A stretch of 64,000 nt of DNA, taken from the IMG/VR virus record IMGVR_UViG_3300031963_000102, positions 5,732 to 69,731 of that record; one strand, 5' to 3'. Shown here piece after piece: positions 63,818-64,000 of the stretch; position 1 is the stretch's first letter, and each line of letters starts with the position of its first letter. The position numbers were made by a program, and so were the translations under genes. The stretch is from a virus. Below the pieces are notes generated by a model. The model worked only from the letters and a program-made list of their open reading frames with translations, had not been told where the DNA came from and ran no database searches.

Positions 63818-64000
63818 ATGAACGACCGAGGCATAGACCTGATTCCTGGTAAGCTGTATAGGCTGGAAAGAGGCCATGACCGATATGCTCAAGAACACTG
63901 GTATATGAGTGAGCAACCGGTGATGTTGCTATCTGTTACAGATGTACATACACACCAACACAACCTCTTGGTGCGTGTGCTGGATGTTTGTGGTGCTATC
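63818..64000 (+). CDS. Array protein (3'-truncated by window edge)
   Basis: MNDRGIDLIPGKLYR...PVMLL. Confidence 0.65.
   Translation, partial: MNDRGIDLIPGKLYRLERGHDRYAQEHWYMSEQPVMLLSVTDVHTHQHNLLVRVLDVCGAI

Larger units (their letters stand above)
50462..64000 (+). repeat. Right tandem array of ~43 small SH3/Tudor-like paralogous genes (continues past the window end)
   Basis: Repeated PG-x-L-[YVIL] ... G[DE][VL]VxV[LV] ... xxG-x-VG[FYW] ... W-[EK] pattern with coupled stop/start codons. Confidence 0.88.

Noticed and set aside
31912-64000. Diversity-generating retroelement driving the variation
   Set aside because: No reverse transcriptase in the window. Differences in the duplicate pairs are mostly synonymous and not adenine-specific.
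1-64000. Stop-codon reassignment fragmenting genes into small ORFs
   Set aside because: Long genes are intact in the standard code. Small ORFs end in all three stops, change frame at overlaps, and each restarts with the same N-terminal motif.

Overview
This window looks like part of a large (jumbo-type) tailed phage genome read in the standard genetic code. I saw no rRNA, tRNA, CRISPR array or integrase. (1) 1-20.2 kb (+): a virion structural operon (baseplate, tail, LamG/FN3-like proteins) rich in [ST]-[GAS]-S tripeptides. (2) 20.3-22.4 kb: a TnsA/gp4-like nuclease, a few small ORFs and a RuvC-like resolvase. (3) 22.4-30.6 kb: a convergent island with three ART-like/pentapeptide-repeat paralogs (+) and Dps, ParB-like and three R-S-E ADP-ribosyltransferase-like paralogs (-), preceded by a shared TA(G/T)(T/C)TAT-N5-ATG motif. 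(4) 31.5-43.5 kb (-) and 48.5-64 kb (+): roughly 85-90 (manual count) small, translationally coupled, divergent paralogs of one SH3/Tudor-like family. They fall into local subfamilies and are driven by sigma70-like promoters, mostly placed for leaderless transcripts. Interspersed are a myxobacterial-style lipoprotein, an amidoligase, two displaced virion genes, an HNH endonuclease, thyA and an ATP-dependent DNA ligase. A perfect 27-bp inverted repeat pair (20252-20278 and 46060-46086) follows the ends of the two structural blocks. All functional calls come from motif recognition by eye, and no database search was run.
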